Part shown: positions 16,248-26,503 of the stretch, piece after piece | Layout of the letters: the number at the start of each line of letters is the position of its first letter | Numbering within the stretch: the stretch's first letter is position 1 | Assembly (NCBI RefSeq): GCF_000017305.1 | Contig: NC_009664.2 | Coordinates: 4,050,001-4,082,000, forward strand | Length of the DNA: 32,000 nucleotides | Direction of reading: 5' to 3' | From: Kineococcus radiotolerans SRS30216 = ATCC BAA-149 | GTDB lineage: Bacteria > Actinomycetota > Actinomycetes > Actinomycetales > Kineococcaceae | Notes under the pieces: generated by a model | Databases searched by the model: none | Seen by the model: only the letters and a program-made list of their open reading frames with translations | What the model was told of the DNA's origin: nothing | Made by a program: the position numbers and the translations under genes

Positions 16248-18374
16248 ATGCGGCCGACGACAGACATCGAGCGCCGGGTGGCGCCCTTCGAGGTGGTCTC
16301 CGAGTTCTCCCCCTCCGGGGACCAGCCCACGGCCATCGCCGAGCTCGCCCGGCGGGTGAACGCCGGGGAGCAGGACGTCGTGCTGCTCGGCGCGACCGGC
16401 ACCGGCAAGTCGGCGACGACGGCCTGGCTCATCGAGCAGGTCCAGCGCCCCACCCTGGTCATGGCGCCGAACAAGACCCTCGCCGCGCAGCTGGCCAACG
16501 AGTTCCGCGAGCTGCTGCCCCACAACGCCGTCGAGTACTTCGTCTCCTACTACGACTACTACCAGCCCGAGGCCTACGTCCCGCAGTCCGACACCTACAT
16601 CGAGAAGGACTCCTCGATCAACGAGGAGGTCGAGCGGCTGCGGCACTCGGCGACGAACTCGCTGCTGACCCGTCGCGACGTCGTCGTCGTGGCCACCGTC
16701 TCCTGCATCTACGGCCTGGGCACCCCGCAGGAGTACGTGGACCGCATGACCGCGCTCAAGGTCGGCATGACGATGGACCGCGACGAGCTGCTGCGGAAGT
16801 TCGTGGGGGAGCAGTACACCCGCAACGACCTCGCCTTCACCCGGGGGACCTTCCGGGTGCGCGGGGACACCGTGGAGATCATCCCGGTGTACGAGGAGCA
16901 CGCGATCCGCATCGAGTTCTTCGGCGACGAGATCGACAAGCTCTACACCCTCAACCCGCTGACGGGGGAGGTGCTGCGCGAGGAGCAGCACGTCTACATC
17001 TTCCCCGCCTCGCACTACGTGGCCGGCCCCGAGCGGCTGGAGCGCGCGGTGGGCAGCATCGAGGCCGAGCTGGAGCAGCGGCTGGCCGAGCTGGAGCAGC
17101 AGGGCAAGCTGCTGGAGGCGCAGCGCCTGCGCATGCGCACCACCTACGACCTGGAGATGCTGCGTCAGGTCGGGTCCTGCTCGGGCATCGAGAACTACTC
17201 CCGCCACTTCGACAACCGTCCCCCCGGTTCGGCCTCGAACACGCTGCTGGACTACTTCCCCGAGGACTTCCTCCTCGTCATCGACGAGTCGCACGTCACC
17301 GTCCCCCAGATCGGCGGCATGTACGAGGGCGACATGTCCCGCAAGCGCACGCTGGTGGACTTCGGGTTCCGGCTGCCCAGCGCGATGGACAACCGCCCCC
17401 TGCGCTGGGAGGAGTTCCTCGAGCGCACCGGTCAGACGGTCTACCTGTCGGCCACCCCGGGCAAGTACGAGCTCTCCCGCGGCAAGGGCGTCGTCGAGCA
17501 GATCATCCGCCCCACGGGCCTGGTGGACCCGCAGGTCGTGGTGAAGCCCACCAAGGGCCAGATCGACGACCTGCTGCACGAGATCCGCCTGCGCACCGAC
17601 AAGGACGAGCGCGTCCTGGTGACGACGCTGACCAAGAAGATGGCCGAGGACCTCACCGACTACTTCCTCGACCAGGGGGTGCGGGTGCGCTACCTGCACT
17701 CCGACATCGACACCCTGCGCCGGGTGGAGCTGCTGCGGGAGCTGCGCCAGGGCGAGTACGACGTCCTGGTCGGCATCAACCTCCTGCGCGAGGGCCTCGA
17801 CCTGCCCGAGGTGTCGCTGGTGGCGATCCTCGACGCCGACAAGGAGGGCTTCCTGCGCTCGGCGACGTCGCTGGTCCAGACCATCGGCCGCGCGGCCCGC
17901 AACGTGTCGGGCGAGGTGCACATGTACGCCGACCGGATCACCCCGTCGATGGCCCAGGCCATCGACGAGACCAACCGCCGCCGCGAGAAGCAGGTCGCGT
18001 ACAACCGGGAGAGGGGCGTCGACCCGATGCCGCTGCGCAAGCGGATCGCCGACATCACCGACCTCATCGCCCGTGAGGACGCCGACACCGCCGAGCTGCT
18101 CGCCGCGGCCCAGGGCGGCGGCGGTCGCGCCCAGTCCCGGGGCAAGGCGCCGACCCCCGGCGGCGGCAGGACCCGCAAGGGGGCCCGGGAGGAGGCGGGG
18201 CAGTCCCGGCCCGGCCTGCCCCAGGCCGACCTGGCCCAGCTCATCCAGGAGCTGACCGACCAGATGCACTCCGCGGCGGCCGAGCTGCAGTTCGAGCTCG
18301 CCGCCCGGTTGCGCGACGAGGTCGGCGACCTGAAGAAGGAGCTGCGCGGGATGCGTTCGGCCCAGGGGGCCTGA
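16248..18374 (+). CDS. uvrB: Excinuclease ABC subunit B
   Basis: 708 aa. The N-terminus [33 protein letters not shown] is followed by [26 protein letters not shown] and a C-terminal UVR domain ([21 protein letters not shown]). ATG 16248 is preferred over GTG 16218, which lies inside the promoter motif. Confidence 0.95.
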   Translation: MRPTTDIERRVAPFEVVSEFSPSGDQPTAIAELARRVNAGEQDVVLLGATGTGKSATTAWLIEQVQRPTLVMAPNKTLAAQLANEFRELLPHNAVEYFVSYYDYYQPEAYVPQSDTYIEKDSSINEEVERLRHSATNSLLTRRDVVVVATVSCIYGLGTPQEYVDRMTALKVGMTMDRDELLRKFVGEQYTRNDLAFTRGTFRVRGDTVEIIPVYEEHAIRIEFFGDEIDKLYTLNPLTGEVLREEQHVYIFPASHYVAGPERLERAVGSIEAELEQRLAELEQQGKLLEAQRLRMRTTYDLEMLRQVGSCSGIENYSRHFDNRPPGSASNTLLDYFPEDFLLVIDESHVTVPQIGGMYEGDMSRKRTLVDFGFRLPSAMDNRPLRWEEFLERTGQTVYLSATPGKYELSRGKGVVEQIIRPTGLVDPQVVVKPTKGQIDDLLHEIRLRTDKDERVLVTTLTKKMAEDLTDYFLDQGVRVRYLHSDIDTLRRVELLRELRQGEYDVLVGINLLREGLDLPEVSLVAILDADKEGFLRSATSLVQTIGRAARNVSGEVHMYADRITPSMAQAIDETNRRREKQVAYNRERGVDPMPLRKRIADITDLIAREDADTAELLAAAQGGGGRAQSRGKAPTPGGGRTRKGAREEAGQSRPGLPQADLAQLIQELTDQMHSAAAELQFELAARLRDEVGDLKKELRGMRSAQGA

Positions 18375-18379
18375 CGCGC

Positions 18380-18412
18380 GGGCCGGCCGCCCCTTCCCCG
18401 GGCGGCCGGCCC
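18380..18412. terminator. Bidirectional terminator hairpin between convergent uvrB and the MarR gene
   Basis: GGGCCGGCCGCCC (18380-18392) pairs perfectly with GGGCGGCCGGCCC (18400-18412), with a 7-nt loop. Confidence 0.65.
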
Positions 18413-18425
18413 GGCCGGACCGGGG

Positions 18426-18986
18426 TCAGTGCGGCGGCAGGCCCGGGACGGGGGAGACGCTGCCGGTGTCGGTGAGGTGCCCCAGCAGGGTCTCGCTGAT
18501 CTCGCGCAGCTGATCCACCTGGGCGGGGGTGAGCAGATCGAAGAGGTTGCGGCGCACCGTCTCCACGTGGCCGGGGGCCGCTGCGGCCAGGGCGGCGAAC
18601 CCCTCGTCGGTGAGCACCGCGAGGTAGCCGCGGCCGTCGGTGGGGCAGGCCTCGCGGCGGATCCAGCCGCGCTCCTCCATGCGCGCCACCGCGTGCGAGA
18701 CGCGGCTGCGGGAGGACAGCGAGGACTCCGCGAGCTCGCTCATCCGCAGCGAGCGGCCCGGGGACTCCGACAGCCGCACCAGCATCTCGTAGTAGGTCAG
18801 CACGATCCCGGAGTCCTGCTGCAGCTGGCGGTCGAAGCGGTCCACCAGGAGCTGGACCGCCGAGAGGAAGGTGCGCCAGGTGACCTGCTCCTCGTCGTCG
18901 AGCCAGCGCGTCGGGTCGGGCGCCGCGGGGGCGTCTTCCCGCTGCGCGGTGGGGTCGTCGTCCACGAGCGTGCCGGGCAGTGCCAT
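18426..18986 (-). CDS. MarR family transcriptional regulator
   Basis: 186 aa from ATG 18986. The winged-HTH core is YYEMLVRLSESPGRSLRMSELAESSLSSRSRVSHAVARMEERGWIRRE...DGRGYLAVLTDEG. On the minus strand, TATCCT lies 6 nt upstream of this ATG, a leaderless layout. The track start at 19178 would run into uvrA. Confidence 0.8.
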   Translation of the reverse strand: MALPGTLVDDDPTAQREDAPAAPDPTRWLDDEEQVTWRTFLSAVQLLVDRFDRQLQQDSGIVLTYYEMLVRLSESPGRSLRMSELAESSLSSRSRVSHAVARMEERGWIRREACPTDGRGYLAVLTDEGFAALAAAAPGHVETVRRNLFDLLTPAQVDQLREISETLLGHLTDTGSVSPVPGLPPH

Positions 18987-18992
18987 GCCCCG

Positions 18993-18998
18993 AGGATA
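18993..18998 (-). promoter_or_regulatory. -10 hexamer TATCCT (minus strand), 6 nt upstream of the MarR ATG
   Basis: The minus strand reads ...gcaatgccTATCCTcggggcATG. There is no SD sequence. Confidence 0.4.
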
Positions 18999-19089
18999 GG
19001 CATTGCTCTCAACCACCTGCGTCCACCCAACGGTGGACCCCGACGGGGGGCCGTCGTCCGAACGGCGTCCGAACACCGCCGCGGGCTCC

Positions 19090-19111
19090 TGTCGGAGGGG
19101 GCGCCTAGGGT
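19090..19111 (+). promoter_or_regulatory. RecA-independent (PafBC-type) DNA-damage promoter-like motif upstream of uvrA
   Basis: TGTCGGAG-GGGGCGCC-TAGGGT. The hexamer ends 6 nt before GTG 19118, the first codon of the uvrA reading frame. Confidence 0.65.
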
Positions 19112-19117
19112 TGGGGC

Positions 19118-22105
<2,988 letters not shown>

Positions 22106-22125
22106 CCCCGGCGAGCGCGTGCGGG

Positions 22126-22153
22126 CGATCGGGACTGCGCACAGTCCCGATCG
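22126..22153 (+). terminator. Terminator hairpin after uvrA
   Basis: CGATCGGGACTG (22126-22137) pairs perfectly with CAGTCCCGATCG (22142-22153), with a 4-nt loop, 20 nt after the stop. Confidence 0.7.
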
Positions 22154-22338
22154 TCTACTCCCCGTAGTGGTTTCGCGGAGGATGCGGGTACCGCTCGTCA
22201 CCGTTCGAGAGCGCTCCGTGTTTCTTCCGTGGCGATCGGATATTCCCCGCCGGGGCGTCCCCGCGGCTGCCACACTCCTGGTGATCACGTCCAGGAACCG
22301 GGGGGTCCCTGGGCGGCAGAGCGCCACGAGGGGGACGG

Positions 22339-23565
22339 ATGACCGAGACCAGCACGACCAGCCCGGTGACCACGCTCGGGGCGGTGCCCCGCCCCCGGGC
22401 CGCGGACGCCGCCCCGGCCCTGGAGGCCGCGCGCCGCGGGGTGCGCTGGTTGCAGGGATCCGGCATCCAGAGCCCCACCGGGGGGTACCGCTCCTGGTTC
22501 GACCGCGACGCGGCCGTGTACCCCTTCGAGTACTCCGAGGTCACCGGCTACCAGGTCACGCTCTCGGCCTGGCTGGCCGCCCGCGGCGACACGACCGTCG
22601 CGCGGACCGCCCTGGCCGACGCCGACCGCGCCGTGCGGTGGCTGGCCTCCGCCGTCCAGCCCGTCCCGGGGGCCTTCCGCTGCCTGGACGCCTCAGCCGC
22701 CGTCGGCCGCTTCGCCGGCAAGGCCGACCGGCTCTACACCTTCGACGCCGGGATCATCCTGCAGGGTCTCGTCGCCCACCACGTCGCGACCGGCGACGAC
22801 CTCGCCCGCCGCACCGCTCTCGACACCGGCGAGTGGCTGCTGCGGCACGTCGACGCCACCGGTGCGGTCCAGCCGTGGCCGGCGACCCCGCAGGCCGGGC
22901 GCTGGCAGGACGCGCCCGGCGACTGGTCGACCCGTCCCGGCGTGCACCACGCCAAGATCGGCATCGGACTGGCCGCCCTCGGCGACCTCACCGGTGACCA
23001 GCGCTACACCCGCGCCGCCGTGGCGGTCTGCGAGGACGCCCTGCGCTCGCAGCTGCCCTCGGGGCGCTTCGTCACCAACCCCGTCGCGGGCAGCACGAAC
23101 GTCCACCCGCACAGCTACGCCGCGGAGGCGCTGTGGGCGGTCGGGACCGCGACCGGCCGCGACGACCTGGTCGCCGCCTCCGAGCGCGCGGCGCTGTGGG
23201 CGCTGGCCACGACCGACCGCGACGGCCTCCCCCCTCGCCGCTACGGCGTGACCGGGACCGGGGCGGTCTCCGCGGTGCGCCACCCCCGGGTGGACGGGGT
23301 CGCCCAGGTCCTGCGGCTGGCCGCGCTGCACTCCGCGCACGGCACCCGCGCCGCGCAGCGCCTCGTCGCGGCCCTGCTCGAGCACCAGGTCGACGCCCCG
23401 GAGGAACCCCGCGCGCACGGCGGGTTCGTCTTCGGCGCCGGTACCGACGGCACCCCGCTGCCGCACGCCAACGTGTGGGTCACGGCCTTCGCCGTGCAGG
23501 CCCTCGTCCTCGCCGCCGGGGAGCGCCGCGACACCGCGGTGCTCGACTGGCGCCACCTCGTCTGA
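22339..23565 (+). CDS. (alpha/alpha)6-toroid repeat protein, function unknown; either terpenoid-cyclase/prenyltransferase-like or six-hairpin/AGE-like
   Basis: 408 aa with high GC3 throughout and GAGGGGGA before the ATG. Six roughly 55-65-aa-spaced repeats follow the pattern A-x-x-(W/A)-L-x3-5-(Q/D)-x2-4-G-x-(F/W/Y): aa 27-53, 92-113, 157-180, 224-245, 279-302 and 337-365. No signal peptide is present. There is no DxDD, and no LanC-type Cys/His zinc motif. Confidence 0.6.
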   Translation: MTETSTTSPVTTLGAVPRPRAADAAPALEAARRGVRWLQGSGIQSPTGGYRSWFDRDAAVYPFEYSEVTGYQVTLSAWLAARGDTTVARTALADADRAVRWLASAVQPVPGAFRCLDASAAVGRFAGKADRLYTFDAGIILQGLVAHHVATGDDLARRTALDTGEWLLRHVDATGAVQPWPATPQAGRWQDAPGDWSTRPGVHHAKIGIGLAALGDLTGDQRYTRAAVAVCEDALRSQLPSGRFVTNPVAGSTNVHPHSYAAEALWAVGTATGRDDLVAASERAALWALATTDRDGLPPRRYGVTGTGAVSAVRHPRVDGVAQVLRLAALHSAHGTRAAQRLVAALLEHQVDAPEEPRAHGGFVFGAGTDGTPLPHANVWVTAFAVQALVLAAGERRDTAVLDWRHLV

Positions 23566-23578
23566 CCGGGGACGCCAG

Positions 23579-24895
23579 GTGGCCCGGATCCTCCTGCTCA
23601 TGACCCGACCGCTGGCCGGCGCCGGCGGTCGCGGTCTGGTGCTGCGCACCATCGTCGACTCCCTCGCCGGGGCCGGCCACGACGTCGTCTGCGCCGTCGT
23701 CGGCGGGCCGCGGACGCCGGTCCCGGTGGACCGTTCCGTCGCCACCCACCGCCTGCCCGACGTCCGCTGGTGGGAGGTGGCCGGGTCCTCCGCCCGCCGC
23801 CGGGGCCTGCGCTCGTTCAACGAGCGGCTCTACCACTCACCCCGCGTCGCGCGGGAGGTCCGCCGGCTCGTCGCCCTGGAGCGCATCGACGCCGTCGTGG
23901 CCGACGGGGTGCGCCTCGCCGCGTACGCCGAGGACTCCGGACGCCCCTGGTTCGTCGACCTCGACGACCTGCTGTCGGACCGCTACGACCTGTGGCGCTC
24001 GCGGGACCTGGACCTGCACCAGCTGCTGGGGCACCGCCGGCCCACGTCGCGGCTGGCCGCGGCCGCGCTGCGCCGGGTTCCGGTCCGCCGGGTGCTGGCC
24101 CTGGAGGCGCGGCGCTTGCGCGAGCGCGAGGACGTCCTCGCCCGCACCGCGCACGGGACGTCGCTGGTGTCCCCGATCGAGGCCGAGCGGCTGTCCGTGC
24201 GGGCCGGGGCCGAGGTGCGGTCGCTGCCGATGGCGGTCACCGCCGACGTCCGGCGGACCTGGACCCCGGGGGCACCGCTGGACCGGCGGCTGGCCTTCCC
24301 GGGCTCGCTGACGGCCTTCGCCAACGAGGAGGCCGTCCGCTGGTGGCTGGACGAGCTCGAGCCGGCGTTGCGGGCGAACGGGCTGCACGGGTGGGAGCTG
24401 CACGTCTTCGGCGAGGTGCCCGACGCGGTCCGCCCGCGGGTGCAGGCGCCCTCGGTGGTGCTGCGGGGAGCCTTCGACCGCACCGCGCTGCACGCCGAGC
24501 TCGTCCAGCACTCCTTCCTGCTGGCCCCGCAGCGCGAGGCGCTGGGACTGACGGTGAAGGTCGTCGAGGCGGCCGTGCTCGGGCTGGTGCCGTTGACGAC
24601 ACCGCAGGGGGCCTCGGGCATGGCGGTCGCGGACGGGGAGCAGTTGCTGCTCTTCCGCGACGGCGAGGGGCTGGCCCGTGCGCTGGCCACCCTCGAGCGC
24701 TGGGCGGACGAGGGCGGGACGCGCACGACCGAGCTGGCCGAGCGGGCCCGCGCGTGGGCGCGGGCGAGCTTCGCCGCGGAGGTGCTGACCCGGCGCTGGG
24801 GCGCCGTGGTGGACGGACTGCTGGCCGGGCGCGAGGGCGTGACCGGCGGGGAACGACTGGGGGAGGACGACATGGGGCAGAGGAGCACGAGGTGA
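23579..24895 (+). CDS. GT-B fold glycosyltransferase (GT4/GT1-like)
   Basis: 438 aa. The N-terminus is MARILLLMTRPL.GAGG. The C-terminal nucleotide-sugar-binding half reads LLAPQREALGLTVKVVEAAVLGLVPLTTPQGASGM. The GTG start lies 14 nt after the upstream stop. Confidence 0.75.
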   Translation: MARILLLMTRPLAGAGGRGLVLRTIVDSLAGAGHDVVCAVVGGPRTPVPVDRSVATHRLPDVRWWEVAGSSARRRGLRSFNERLYHSPRVAREVRRLVALERIDAVVADGVRLAAYAEDSGRPWFVDLDDLLSDRYDLWRSRDLDLHQLLGHRRPTSRLAAAALRRVPVRRVLALEARRLREREDVLARTAHGTSLVSPIEAERLSVRAGAEVRSLPMAVTADVRRTWTPGAPLDRRLAFPGSLTAFANEEAVRWWLDELEPALRANGLHGWELHVFGEVPDAVRPRVQAPSVVLRGAFDRTALHAELVQHSFLLAPQREALGLTVKVVEAAVLGLVPLTTPQGASGMAVADGEQLLLFRDGEGLARALATLERWADEGGTRTTELAERARAWARASFAAEVLTRRWGAVVDGLLAGREGVTGGERLGEDDMGQRSTR

Positions 24896-26238
24896 GCGCT
24901 CCCGCGGTGGAGGACGTGACCGGTCGCGAGGGGACGGACCAGCCGGTCGTCGTCATCGGTGCGGGGCCGGCCGGGCTGGCCGCCGCCGAGCACCTGCTGG
25001 ACGCGGGGGTCCAGGTCGTCGTCGTCGACGGCGCCCCCGCGGTCGGAGGGCTCTCCCGCTCGATCGAGCTCTGGGGGCACCGCTTCGACCTGGGCCCGCA
25101 CAGCTTCCTCTCCGACTCCCACCCGGAGTCGGTCGCCCGCTGGCTGGACCTCGCCGGGGCCGTCGGCGGGGTCGAACGCACCGAGGCGGTGCGCTCGGCC
25201 GTCTGGCGGGGCCGGGTCGTGGGCTTCCCGCCCAGTCCCGCGCAGGTGCTGCGCACCGTCGGCGCGCTCGGCGCGGCCCGCCTCGCCGGGGGCCGGGTCG
25301 CGGCGACCCTGGACCGCCGGGGCCCCGCGGCCACCGCCCACGAGGCGCTCGTCGCCCGCCACGGGCGAGCCGTCGTCGAGGAACTGTTCGTGCCCTACAC
25401 CCGCAAGTACCTGGGCGCTCACCCCCGCGAGCTGTCGGCCGCCTTCGCCGACAAGCTGCAGGGCACCCGCCGCGGCTGGAGCGGTCCCGTGGACCTGCTG
25501 ACCCCCCGCGAGGGCACCGGGGCGGTGTGGGAGGAGCTGGCCCGCCGGCTGCGCGCCCGCGGCGCGCGGATCCTGCTGGACACCCGGGTGGTGGGCCTCA
25601 GCACCAGCGGCACCCGGGTCACCGGGGTCCAGGTCCGCGACGCGGGTGCGGAGTTCGGCATCGGGGCCCGTGCCGTGGTCTCCAGCGTCCCGGCGCCGGT
25701 GCTGCTGCGCTGGCTGCCCGGTACCCGGGCTCCGGCCGGCCCGGCGCTGCGCAGCCGCGACACCCACCTCGTCCACCTGCTGGTGGAGGGCCCGGTCGGG
25801 CAGGACAGCCACTACGTCACCGCCTACGACGAGTCGCTGCGGGTGGGACGCCTCACCAACACCCGCGTCTGGCGGCCCGGCACCTTCCGCGACGAGCCCC
25901 GCACCGCGCTGTGCGCGGAGTTCTGGAGCTCGGGCGACGACGACCTCGCCGCCAGGTCCGACCACGAGCTGGCCCAGCTGGCGGTCAGCGAGTTGCCGGC
26001 CTTCGGAGTGGACCCCCGGGTGCGGGTCCTGGACCACCACGTGCTGCGCCTGCCGCGCAGCGTCCCCGTCCTGACCTTGGGGGTGGAGGCGGCGCGCGCG
26101 GACGTCGACGAGCAGCTGGACCGCTTCGTCAACCTCGCCCGCGTCGGCCGGCACGGCCGCCACGACTGGGACGGTCAGGAGGACTCCCTGCTCACCGGGC
26201 GCAGCATCGGCGCGCACGTCCTCACCGCGGACGCCTGA
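24892..26238 (+). CDS. FAD/NAD(P)-binding oxidoreductase (amine-oxidase / UDP-galactopyranose-mutase-like fold)
   Basis: 448 aa from GTG 24892, with a GTGA overlap on the GT stop and GAGGAG 6 nt upstream. The dinucleotide-binding motif is VVVIGAGPAGLAAAEHLLDAGVQVVVVD..AVGGLSRS. The Glf/PPO-like segments are PYTRKYLG....ELS and C-terminal GRHGRHDWDGQEDSLLTG. Confidence 0.75.
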   Translation: MSAPAVEDVTGREGTDQPVVVIGAGPAGLAAAEHLLDAGVQVVVVDGAPAVGGLSRSIELWGHRFDLGPHSFLSDSHPESVARWLDLAGAVGGVERTEAVRSAVWRGRVVGFPPSPAQVLRTVGALGAARLAGGRVAATLDRRGPAATAHEALVARHGRAVVEELFVPYTRKYLGAHPRELSAAFADKLQGTRRGWSGPVDLLTPREGTGAVWEELARRLRARGARILLDTRVVGLSTSGTRVTGVQVRDAGAEFGIGARAVVSSVPAPVLLRWLPGTRAPAGPALRSRDTHLVHLLVEGPVGQDSHYVTAYDESLRVGRLTNTRVWRPGTFRDEPRTALCAEFWSSGDDDLAARSDHELAQLAVSELPAFGVDPRVRVLDHHVLRLPRSVPVLTLGVEAARADVDEQLDRFVNLARVGRHGRHDWDGQEDSLLTGRSIGAHVLTADA

Positions 26239-26503
26239 CGCAGCCGCCGCCTCGCCGAGGCGGGCGGCCGAGCGGGCCACCCGCCCGGCCGTCCGCCGGG
26301 CGTCTCCGGTCGCGCGGTTCCCGTCCGGGCCATCCCGGTGGTCGAGCGGGTGACCTCGCCGGCGCCGGAAGCGATCTGCGCGACGTCGCGCGCCACCTCC
26401 CGCGTCGCCGGTGCGGCCGCCTCCGGCCTCGAGGACCACCCCGTGGCCGCCGCGGCGTTGCGGAACCACCGCGGTCGACGGCGGCGCCTGAGCCCGGGCG
26501 CCC

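Noticed and set aside
22195-22220. GTTCGAG in the uvrA-downstream region as a tRNA T-loop or tRNA fragment.
   Set aside because: The flanking bases do not form a T-stem (caccg versus gcgct). No acceptor or anticodon arms can be drawn on either strand.
22155-22544. 129-aa minus-strand ORF overlapping the 5' end of the toroid gene.
   Set aside because: It has no SD or promoter and a low-complexity Arg/Pro-rich translation. It overlaps a plus-strand gene that has a proper SD and coding periodicity.
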